Source of the DNA: an uncultured Chloroflexia bacterium
GTDB taxonomy: Bacteria > Chloroflexota > Anaerolineae > Anaerolineales > Anaerolineaceae
Direction of reading: 5' to 3'
Assembly: GCA_963704755.1 (NCBI GenBank)
Contig: OY969938.1
Span: forward strand, 810,001-842,000
Length of the DNA: 32,000 bases
The translations under genes were made by a program, and so were the position numbers. The notes under the pieces are model-generated. The model had not been told where the DNA came from and did no database searches. It was given only the letters and a program-made list of their open reading frames with translations. Each line of letters opens with the position of its first letter. Position 1 is the first letter of the stretch. Below, one piece after another: positions 16,764 to 27,194 of this stretch.

Positions 16764-18122
16764 TTATCGTCGCGAAAATGCCGTCCGCAAAAAGACGACC
16801 AGTAACAATACGCTGGTCAAGGCAACAAAGGCCACATATATTCTCCCAAAAGGATCGTACGGCTGAATTTCCGCAAAGCCTCCGTGTACCAGGAGCGAAA
16901 AAACATAAAACCCGAAGTCGATCAGGTTTGGCGGATGAGATGCCGTCGTCATGACAAAAGTCAAATGGTTGAGTGACACATATTGATTAAACATATCGAT
17001 ATGCGCCATGGCGACGATATGCATCAGCCACCAGGAAAACAGGAGGATCCCTAACAAAACCACCGCCCGTGCAAAAGGCCTTAATACGTAAGTTCGCTCC
17101 TTCAGGCGTGGGAATAAGGAATGGAAAGGGGTGAAGGTAAAGATCAAGGTCACGATCAACAAAATTAACCAGGTATACCCGACGACCACACTGTTAATCA
17201 TGACGAATAGTGCTGAAAAAGCAGGGAACATCACTGTAAACATCGCCAAAGAAATCGATAGGGACAATGCAATAGAAAAATTGGCTAAATTCAAGAATGA
17301 ATTGAGCACCCTACTTACAAATACCCTATCTGTTAACAACCCTTGATGAAAAACCGGTGAAATTTTTTCACTCCAGAAATACCAGCCCACGTAAAAAGGC
17401 ACGAAAACCAGGAGAGAAAAATACCAAAGGAGCAAAAAGCCGACAAAGAACGCGGTGGTAAAGGCCCCATTTAGGAAGTTATTCAAAAATGTACTGATAT
17501 ATTCCAGCAGGCCGTATAGAGTTCGAAAAACGAAATTCAGAAAAATACCACCGTAAATCAGGCTCAATACACTCAGCCAGAGAAAATCACGAACCCGTAG
17601 AACGATATCTCTGTATGCGCAGGGGGACGCCATGAGCATTGCGAGGATAAAGGTTATCCCGGCAGCGCCCAAATAGATCAGGCCAATTTCTCCAAGATTC
17701 GCCAGCGTAAAGCAAATCGACCCTAGAATAAAGATAATGCCCACGCTCAGCACCATAAAAATGGGCAAAAACAAAAATGCGAATTGCCGTAAGGCAAAGA
17801 TCCAAAATTTTCTGGTGATGACTTGAGAATACAGGAAGACCAAATAGCGGACCAATAAAAACGCCAGAGAGACAAATAACAACCCCCAATAAATCCGGGT
17901 AAGCGTGATCATCTCCGGGGCTAGATGGGTATAGTTTGTCTCAAGCCAGATTAATGTCGCGATAAATATCCCCAGAGCAATCACCCCATTCAAAATGGAA
18001 TTCCAGGGATAAGGAGCCCACCTGCCCGGGTATGGGTAACCAACCTCCTCTAGTTGATTTCGCCACCAGGACCTATTGTTATGAAAATCCGCCTGTTGTA
18101 AACCAGCAACAGTTACCCCCAT
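16764..18122 (-). CDS. polytopic membrane protein of unknown function with a C-terminal pore-loop-like segment
   Basis: About 452 aa with more than 10 hydrophobic helices. The ATG at 18122 is preceded by GGGGAGG. The track start at 18140 is TTG. The gene is markedly AT-rich relative to its neighbours. Confidence 0.75.
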   Translation of the reverse strand: MGVTVAGLQQADFHNNRSWWRNQLEEVGYPYPGRWAPYPWNSILNGVIALGIFIATLIWLETNYTHLAPEMITLTRIYWGLLFVSLAFLLVRYLVFLYSQVITRKFWIFALRQFAFLFLPIFMVLSVGIIFILGSICFTLANLGEIGLIYLGAAGITFILAMLMASPCAYRDIVLRVRDFLWLSVLSLIYGGIFLNFVFRTLYGLLEYISTFLNNFLNGAFTTAFFVGFLLLWYFSLLVFVPFYVGWYFWSEKISPVFHQGLLTDRVFVSRVLNSFLNLANFSIALSLSISLAMFTVMFPAFSALFVMINSVVVGYTWLILLIVTLIFTFTPFHSLFPRLKERTYVLRPFARAVVLLGILLFSWWLMHIVAMAHIDMFNQYVSLNHLTFVMTTASHPPNLIDFGFYVFSLLVHGGFAEIQPYDPFGRIYVAFVALTSVLLLVVFLRTAFSRR

Positions 18123-18496
18123 CTCAACCTCCCCTCTCAAAACGACTTATATAGTCAGAAAAGCCCTGTTGAACCATTACAACAGGTTTTCGATCCATCT
18201 ATTTCGCTTCTTTTTGAGCTGGGGTTGTATATGGAATAGATAGATCACCGATTATTCATCGATGATGGCGCCAGTTATGGGAAGTCCCTCACAACCACTA
18301 AGCCGTTCGATTAAAAATCCCACCTTTAATCAATCGTTACTAAATACACTGTACCACTTTTACCGGGTGCAATTCAACTGTTTTCGGATAAACAATCTAA
18401 AAATATGCGCATTTTAATGTTTACCAACGTGTTGATAATTTCCCCTTCGACCACATCCTACATAGATTTCTTAGGTTAAATTACAAAACAAAAATT

Positions 18497-18543
18497 TTGT
18501 CATCGCGAACCCTGGCAAAAACAGTCAGGGTTCGCGATGACAA
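18497..18543. other. 18-bp perfect stem-loop (loop 11 nt) in the long AT-rich region upstream of recA
   Basis: 18497..18514 pairs with 18526..18543. It is flanked by T-rich tracts on both strands (CCCTTTTCTTG on +, AATTTTTGTTTTG on -). Confidence 0.8.
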
Positions 18544-18567
18544 CCCTTTTCTTGTGAAAGCCATGCT

Positions 18568-18595
18568 TTATCCTACTTGACCAGTTGAACAAATG
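18568..18595 (+). promoter_or_regulatory. recA promoter TTGACC-16 nt-TATAAT with a Cheo-box-like SOS operator GAACAAATGTAC in the spacer
   Basis: -35 at 18568..18573 and -10 at 18590..18595. The box at 18578..18589 matches GAAC-N4-GTTC at 7 of 8 defined positions. Confidence 0.6.
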
Positions 18596-18714
18596 TACTA
18601 TAATTAAAAAACTAAACCGGATCAAACTGGAACTTACTTTTTCTGCCGGCGGAGCCAGGCAGGAACTGAATTTCTGGATATAATCTAAGTAACCCCAAAT
18701 TTGGAGAAACGCAC

Positions 18715-19818
18715 ATGGCGAAAAAGACTACCCCGTCCGCTCAACCTTTACCCAATTCAGCTTCCGGTAATTTGGAAGACGGGCGACGCGCAATGCTCGA
18801 CAAAGCCCTCGGTGACATCATCAAACGCTACGGAGAAGGCTCGATTATGCGAATGGGAGAAGCCAAACACCTTGCCATCTCGGCTATATCGACCGGCTCG
18901 CTGTCCCTGGATATTGCTCTTGGGGTTGGTGGCATCCCCCGCGGCCGGGTAACCGAGATATTCGGGCCCGAGTCCTCCGGTAAAACCACTTTATGCTTAC
19001 ATTTGGTCGCCGAATCTCAACGCCAGGGCGGCACGGCCGCTTATGTCGATATGGAACACGCGCTCGACCCGATCTATGCCCAACACCTGGGCGTGAATAT
19101 TGACAGCCTGCTGGTTTCACAGCCGGATACCGGCGAGCAGGCCCTGGAAATCACCGAGACCCTGGTGCGTTCCGGCGCAGTGGACATCGTGGTCATCGAT
19201 TCGGTCGCTGCCCTGGTTCCGCGCAACGAGATCGAAGGGGATATGGGCGACGCGACCATGGGTATGCAGGCCCGTTTGATGTCACAGGCCTTACGCAAAC
19301 TTTCCAGTGCCATCAACCAGACCAAGACCGCGGTGGTCTTTACCAACCAGCTTCGCCAGAAAATCGGCATAATGTTTGGCAATCCCGAGACGACCCCCGG
19401 CGGCCTGGCGCTAAAATTCTATGCCTCCGTCCGCCTGGATATTCGCCGGATTCAATCGATCAAGGTGGGCACCGAAATCATCGGCGGCCGGGTGCGCGTA
19501 CGCGTGGTGAAGAACAAAGTGGCTGCACCTTTCCGCACCGCCGAATTCGATATCATGTACAACGAAGGCATTTCTAAAGTCGGTGATATCCTCGATCTGG
19601 CCACCGAACTGGAGATTATAACCAAACGAGGCGCATTCTTCTCTTACGGAGATACCCGCCTTGGCCAGGGCCGCGAAAACTCCAAAGAATTCTTACGCCA
19701 GAATGCCGACCTGGCGGCTGAAATCGAAAACGCCGTGCGTCTCAAGGCGATAGGTGACGATTTGCCGCTGGCTTTCGGCACCGGCGGCGACGATGACAGC
19801 TACGAAGAGGAACTCTAG
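18715..19818 (+). CDS. recA: recombinase RecA
   Basis: 367 aa. Walker [10 protein letters not shown] plus [20 protein letters not shown] and [10 protein letters not shown]. Acidic C-terminal tail. GGAG lies upstream of the ATG. Confidence 0.97.
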   Translation: MAKKTTPSAQPLPNSASGNLEDGRRAMLDKALGDIIKRYGEGSIMRMGEAKHLAISAISTGSLSLDIALGVGGIPRGRVTEIFGPESSGKTTLCLHLVAESQRQGGTAAYVDMEHALDPIYAQHLGVNIDSLLVSQPDTGEQALEITETLVRSGAVDIVVIDSVAALVPRNEIEGDMGDATMGMQARLMSQALRKLSSAINQTKTAVVFTNQLRQKIGIMFGNPETTPGGLALKFYASVRLDIRRIQSIKVGTEIIGGRVRVRVVKNKVAAPFRTAEFDIMYNEGISKVGDILDLATELEIITKRGAFFSYGDTRLGQGRENSKEFLRQNADLAAEIENAVRLKAIGDDLPLAFGTGGDDDSYEEEL

Positions 19819-19833
19819 CCAAAGCAGCCCGTC

Positions 19834-20412
19834 ATGGCCGATCCATTGAATGTCATGGGGAACTCTAACCATTCGAGGATCGACTATTTACGTCGATTAA
19901 TTTTATTGGCAGCCCTGGGATTTATCCTCCAGGGCTGCGTTTTTCAAATACCCAGCCGCGAAGCGCCCGACAATTCCAGGATTATCCCCTTTGTTCCGGC
20001 AGCGCAGTCCGATCCAAACAACGCCGCCCCTACGCAAGCGCCGGCGGCTTTGCTCCCCAGCCCTACCGGCCCGTGCAGTAATAACCTGACCTATATCAAC
20101 GACCTGACTGTTCCGGACGGCAGCGCCATCCAGCCCGGCGCATCCATCGATAAGCGTTGGGAGGTACAAAACAGCGGGACTTGTGATTGGGATGAAGGCT
20201 ACTCGCTCCGCTTGATGACCGGCGACGAACTTGGAGCTGGCACGCAACATGCACTATACCCAGCACGAAGCGGCTCCAATGCGGTCCTCCAGATATTGTT
20301 TCAGGCACCGGCAGACGCGGGAGAGTACCGCAGCGCCTGGCAGGCCTATGATCCGCAGGGGCAACCATTTGGCGATCCGATCTATATGGATATAATAGTA
20401 GGCGAGCCTTAA
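19834..20412 (+). CDS. lipoprotein with an NBR1-type Ig-like (N_BRCA1_IG-like) domain
   Basis: Signal peptide plus lipobox LQGC. Pattern DLTVPDGSAIQPGASIDKRWEVQNSGTCDWDEGYSLRL...G..F..P. Confidence 0.6.
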   Translation: MADPLNVMGNSNHSRIDYLRRLILLAALGFILQGCVFQIPSREAPDNSRIIPFVPAAQSDPNNAAPTQAPAALLPSPTGPCSNNLTYINDLTVPDGSAIQPGASIDKRWEVQNSGTCDWDEGYSLRLMTGDELGAGTQHALYPARSGSNAVLQILFQAPADAGEYRSAWQAYDPQGQPFGDPIYMDIIVGEP

Positions 20413-20441
20413 TTCCGAGATAACGGGTATTCTTGGTCCTC

Positions 20442-21359
20442 ATGTCAACAATTCAACCCGCGGGGAAAAAATTTTCGAAGGCCCAATGGGCAATCTTGTT
20501 TTCCCTCACCACCTTGATCCTGGTGGTGTTGGTCGCGTTGATCCTCATGGTCAGCCTGGATTCCTATTTGCCGCAGATCGTTTCGGCCGCCAACGATGTG
20601 GTGGCCGGCATTGGCCCCAGCCCCACGCCCACTTTAACCGCTACCTCTCTGGTCATGGCCCAGGTGGAAGGCACCAGTACCGCTACCCCATTCCGACCGC
20701 TGCCCACCGCCACCTCAACTCCTACCCAGACGCCTACCGCCACGGCCAGCCCCACCCCAACCCAGACACAAACTCCCAGCCAAACGCCTACGCCCTGGCC
20801 GCCCGACAATGCCTTGATCAGCAATATCACTGGCTATGCGCAGCTTTATAACCTGGACTGTGAGGCCCGCGCCGCAGTCGATTGGGCGCGCTATTTTGGT
20901 AAAGATATCAACGAGAACGAATTCCTGGACCAGTTGCCCAGTTCGGATGATCCCAACCTGGGCTTTGTCGGCAGTGTCATGGGCCCGCCCGGGTTGATCC
21001 CGCCCTATTCTTACGGGGTGTACGCCGCCCCAATCATGGACGTGCTGCGCTCTTACGGCCTGCCGGCCGAGGATAAATACGGGATCACCATGGATGAATT
21101 GAAGCAGCAGATCGCCGCCGGCCACCCGGTGATCATCTGGATCATATACGGTGTTTCGCCCGGTTACCCGATCAATTACATCACCAATGCGGGCGAGAAC
21201 GTGGTGGTGGCCTACAACGAACACGCCGCTATCCTGGTCGGATACGATCCCACCGGCGTCACCGTCCTGGACGAGGGAACCACCTACTGGCGTAGCTGGG
21301 AAGCCTTCCAGAAGTCTTTCTCGGTATTGGGCAATATGGCTATCGTTTATCAGCCGTAG
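20442..21359 (+). CDS. membrane-anchored peptidase C39-like (Peptidase_C39_2-type) protein with a PT-rich linker
   Basis: N-terminal TM segment WAILFSLTTLILVVLVALILMV. PT-rich linker TPTQTPTATASPTPTQTQTPSQTPTP. The YNLDCEARAAVDWARYFG region holds the candidate catalytic Cys. ATG at 20442 (the track TTG is at 20433). Confidence 0.6.
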   Translation: MSTIQPAGKKFSKAQWAILFSLTTLILVVLVALILMVSLDSYLPQIVSAANDVVAGIGPSPTPTLTATSLVMAQVEGTSTATPFRPLPTATSTPTQTPTATASPTPTQTQTPSQTPTPWPPDNALISNITGYAQLYNLDCEARAAVDWARYFGKDINENEFLDQLPSSDDPNLGFVGSVMGPPGLIPPYSYGVYAAPIMDVLRSYGLPAEDKYGITMDELKQQIAAGHPVIIWIIYGVSPGYPINYITNAGENVVVAYNEHAAILVGYDPTGVTVLDEGTTYWRSWEAFQKSFSVLGNMAIVYQP

Positions 21360-21629
21360 AGGGTTTAAAGCTATTTAGCTAAAAATGGTTGGCAGCAGGG
21401 CTGGCCTGTTATGGCTGCGTTTTTTGGGGATTACTTTCGCCGCAGTTAAATGGCGTTTACCCTCATTCCAACCTTCTCCCTGGGAGGGAGAAAGCGTTAA
21501 GTTACGGTCAATATAGGGTTTGACCAGGTGGAGAAAGTTTTTCCCGACTTCTACAGCTGTGGGTCAACTCGTCTTTCTCCTCAATGAAATCTGCGGTTTT
21601 CCTTCTCTGAAGCGTTGTAGAGTGGGTGA

Positions 21630-21778
21630 AGGGCTCATAAACAACGCCGGCGACTCACATACCGGTCAGACCTACGAAACCTTGCCCGAAACCCACCATC
21701 TGTATATAACGGTGGGTTACGGGCAATTACCGGGTTGGGGCAGCTACTTTTTATTCACCAGGGTTGTTTATGAGCCCT
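21630..21778. repeat. 149-bp imperfect palindrome: 16-bp closing stem, degenerate middle, 15/16-bp terminal stem
   Basis: 21630..21645 pairs with 21763..21778. 21682..21697 pairs with 21711..21726 with one mismatch. All pairs share the same symmetry centre near 21704. Confidence 0.85.
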
Positions 21779-21967
21779 GCAACCACCCTACATTTCTGTA
21801 TTTCCGGGTTTTTACGCATATATAAGTCGGCGCCATAATGGTGCGTTCCGGGCACACCTGGATGAGCCCGCGGGCCGGTGGTTCGACCAGGCTCGTGATG
21901 TCAGCCCGCAAACGCACCCTACGAATTTCATCGCCTCGTTGCCTCATCAACTTATCTCCCGTCTTTC

Positions 21968-22177
21968 CTCCGTGACCTCTGTGCCTCTGTGGTTTTTTCC
22001 GTATTTCTCTTTTCTGTGAATTCTACGATTTTCTTTTATCTTCTCCGTGCTCTTCGTGCCTCCGTGGTTTTTTCCTTATTACTCTTTTCTGTGAATTCTA
22101 CGATTTTCTTTTTTCTTCTCCGTGCTCTCCGTGCCTCCGTGGTTTTTATCTTCTCCGCGTTCTCTGCGTCTCTGCGG
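21968..22177. repeat. tandem repeat with a 75-bp period (two full units plus two truncated units), each starting with three CTCYGYGNN 9-mers
   Basis: CTCCGTG recurs at 21968, 22043 and 22118. GTGAATTCTACGATTTTC recurs at 22016 and 22091. A final degenerate module CTCCGCGTTCTCTGCGTCTCTGCGG starts at 22153. Confidence 0.9.
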
Positions 22178-22181
22178 TGAT

Positions 22182-22215
22182 AAAAAAAACCTCCCCCATG
22201 TTTCCACGGGGGAGG
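22182..22215 (-). terminator. intrinsic terminator of ahcY
   Basis: On the minus strand the hairpin is CCTCCCCC-(10-nt loop)-GGGGGAGG, followed by T8 (A8 at 22182..22189 on +). The hairpin begins 32 nt after the ahcY stop. Confidence 0.85.
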
Positions 22216-22246
22216 TAAATCAACAATTTTTCAGTCTGTTTAAATC

Positions 22247-24491
<2,245 letters not shown>

Positions 24492-24611
24492 GCTACCGTC
24501 CTGACAGAGGATTTGCAGCCAGGCAGAACCGAGTAACGCCCTTACGGGTTGTTTGGTCCAGCCGGCCGTCTTTCCGCGAGGTTGAGCGAGATACCCCAAT
24601 GAAAGCACCCA

Positions 24612-24620
24612 ATTATACCA
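24612..24620 (-). promoter_or_regulatory. extended -10 element TGGTATAAT upstream of adoK-ahcY
   Basis: Minus-strand reading of 24620..24612. It would give a leader of about 110 nt before the ATG at 24491. Confidence 0.45.
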
Positions 24621-24737
24621 TTAGTAGAAGAATGGTTTTATCGAAAAGATATTAGAAAATTATGGGTGTTTGGGTCGGGGAAGCCTGGCCCAGATTGCCA
24701 CAATTCCTGATTGGCTGAGAATGTCCTAATCCAGGTA

Positions 24738-24766
24738 TTGACACTTCATAAACCTTCCGGTATACA
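24738..24766 (+). promoter_or_regulatory. promoter TTGACA-17 nt-TATACA for the TPR-SLT gene
   Basis: -35 at 24738..24743 and -10 at 24761..24766. The ATG at 24774 begins 8 nt after the -10 with no SD, which is leaderless geometry. Confidence 0.55.
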
Positions 24767-24773
24767 AGATCAT

Positions 24774-27192
24774 ATGCAAAAAAGAATCCCGGTTTACCTG
24801 GTGGCCGGCCTCGCGATCTTCATGCTAACAGGCTGCAACCTGCCCAGTTCGAAAAACAATAATACAACCCAGACTGCAAACATTCCCGCCATCGCGGCCA
24901 CACTTTTCCCCACCGATACCATCGTTCCGACCCCAACGTCTACTCCCCAGCCCGAAACACGGATCAGCCTGGGCGACCTGGCGTTGATGGAGGGGGAGAC
25001 GGATGGTGCCCGCCAGCAATACCACTCGGCCGCAATCGATTCGAATGACACCGAGCTGCAGGCGGCCGCCATGCTCGGGATCGGCCGCGCATACTTGCAG
25101 GATAACAATGACGCCCAGGCCGTCTCCAGCTTCCAGGCGGTCATCGATGAAATGCCGGCTAACCAATCCCAGGCGAACGCGTATTATTTTCTGGCGGAGG
25201 CCTATCTCCAGCAGGAGCAATATCAGTCTGCCGCCGAGGCTTTTGGAAAATATATCGAGCTCAAGCCCGGTATCCTGGATGATGTGATATACGACGATCA
25301 GGCCGAGGCCTACATGTCGGCTGAAATGTACCCCGAGGCGATTCAAGCCTTCCAATCGGCTGTCAACGCCATGCAGACCGGCGATAAAGGCGCTCTGTAC
25401 CTGCGTATCGGCCAGGCCTACCAGGCCCAATCCAACTGGAACGATGCCGTGACAGCTTACCTCAAGGCCTATGATGAAAGCGGTTCGGATTACACCAGCG
25501 CCCAGGCCAACTTGTTAGCCGGCCAGGTCTATCTCCAGCTCGGCTTTCCAGACCAGGCCTACGCTCGTTTCCAGGATTCGATCGAAAAATTCCCCAAGTC
25601 TTACGATAGCTATTCCGGACTGGTCGCCCTGGTCAATGACGACCAACCAGTGAACGACCTGTACCGCGGCATCGTCGATTATTATGCCGGCCAATACGGC
25701 TACGCGGCCGAGGCGCTGCGCCGTTACATCGATGGGAACCTGGCCCAGGACGGCACAGCCAGCTATTACCGTGGCCTGGCGTTGCTGGCCACCGACGACT
25801 ATCCCGGCGCGATCAGCGCCTGGCAGTACTTGATCCAGAACTACCCCGGCGACCAGTATTACTCGGACGCTTTCTCTGAAATTGCCTACACGCAGTGGGG
25901 CTACCAGGATGATTATCAGGCCGCGGCAGCCACTTACCAATCCTACGTGACCCAAAACCCAAATGCCACCGACGCAGCCGATATGCTCTATTCGGCTGCC
26001 CGCACCCTCGAGCGCGGCAATTACCTGGTCAACGCCGCTTCGCTTTGGGAAGGTATGATGGACCAGTACCCCTCCTCTGAAATGAGCTGGCAAGGCCTAT
26101 TCATGGGCGGAATCACCCAATACCGCCTGAAAAATTACCAGCAGGCCCAAAGCGATTTCCAGCGGGATTATTCTTTGGCTACCACCCCGGACGAGCAGGC
26201 CCAGGCGCTGATGTGGATTGGCAAAACCCAGGCCATCTTGGGTGACCAGCAATCCGCCATTGCCACCTGGAACCAGACTGCTCTCCTGGACCCGACGAAT
26301 TACTACAGCGAACGGGCGGCCGAGCTGGCCGACAATGAAACTCCGCTCCAGCCGCCGGCGGTGATTGACCTGGGCGTGGACATGGAAACCGAACGCTCCC
26401 GGGCTGAAACCTGGCTGAGGACGACCTTCAACATTCCCGCAGATACCGATCTATCCGGCCTGGCAGGCATCCAGGATAACCCCGAGTACATCCGCGGGCA
26501 GGCACTCTGGCAAATCGGGCAATACCAGAAGGCGCGCGACGAATTCGAATCGGTACGAAACGAGATCCAGGAAGACCCGCTGCTAACTTATCGATTCATG
26601 AACGAAATGCTATCGATCGGGGCCTACCGCCCGGCGATTTTCGCCAGCCGCCAGATCCTAAACCTGGCCGGCTATAATGACACCCAGACCATCCAGTCGC
26701 CGCCTTATTTCAACTACATCCGGTTTGGGGTCTATTTCAAAGACCTGGTCTTGAGCAGAATCGAAAGAGACGGACTTGAACCCCCTGTTCCTGTTCTCGG
26801 TCATCCGCCAGGAAAGCTTCTTCGAGAGTTTTGTAGGCTCCACGGCCGGCGCGCGCGGATTGATGCAAATTATGCCGGCCACCGGTGAAGAACTGGCCAA
26901 GAATTACAACTGGCCGCAAGATTACACCGATGATGAACTCTATAACCCTACCGTTAACCTGCGTCTGGGGATTAAATACCTGGCCAACCAAAGCGATTAT
27001 TTCAATGGCGATTTGTACGTCGCCATGGCCGCCTATAACGGCGGGCCGGGTAATGCCCAGGTGTGGAGCGGCCTCTCCAACGGCGACCCGGACCTGTTCC
27101 TGGAATGTATCCGCTATTCCGAAACTCAGGACTACATCCGCAACATCGCTGAATTCATGAATATCTACCGGCTGATTTATGGGCGCAAATAA
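24774..27192 (+). pseudogene. TPR-repeat lipoprotein with a C-terminal SLT (lytic murein transglycosylase) domain, frame broken by one extra C (possibly an assembly artefact)
   Basis: Lipobox signal MQKRIPVYLVAGLAIFMLTGC. Long TPR region in the frame of ORF 24711..26888. The SLT catalytic block FSVIRQESFFE...GARGLMQIMP...AYNGGPGN is in the frame of ORF 26776..27192. The two join through the C5 run at 26781..26785. Confidence 0.85.
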
Positions 27193-27194
27193 AA

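Noticed and set aside
16630-16866. 78-aa + strand ORF
   Set aside because: It starts inside the perfect palindrome and overlaps the 3' end of the membrane-protein gene on the other strand.
18141-18714. The AT-rich 574-bp region as a replication origin
   Set aside because: There is only one weak DnaA-box-like 9-mer (TTATCCTAC) and no cluster of boxes. No dnaA or dnaN gene is nearby. Divergent promoters explain the AT-richness.
21520-21825. 101-aa + strand ORF in the gene-free gap
   Set aside because: It has no RBS and no recognisable motif. It spans the 149-bp palindrome, which would force mirror-related peptide segments, so it is more likely non-coding.
21877-21892. GGTGGTTCGACCAGG, resembling a tRNA or tmRNA T-arm
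   Set aside because: The flanking bases do not form a 5-bp T-stem, and no acceptor stem, anticodon arm or CCA context can be built. I also found no RNase P, SRP or tmRNA signature strings in 21360..21960.
21968-22177. Possible CRISPR array
   Set aside because: The units are contiguous with no unique spacers and have a 75-bp period with internal 9-mers. There is no repeat-spacer alternation and no cas genes in the window.
21989-22180. 63-aa ORF with an internally repeated hydrophobic sequence (LFSVNSTIFF..LLRALRASVVF twice)
   Set aside because: It is generated entirely by translating the 75-bp tandem repeat. It has no RBS, and the repetition reflects the DNA array rather than a protein.
24492-24620. 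SAH riboswitch upstream of adoK-ahcY
   Set aside because: I looked for the conserved GAGGAGCGCUGC-type core and pseudoknot partners as I remember them, and found no match. It is kept only as a low-interest leader observation that needs an Infernal scan.
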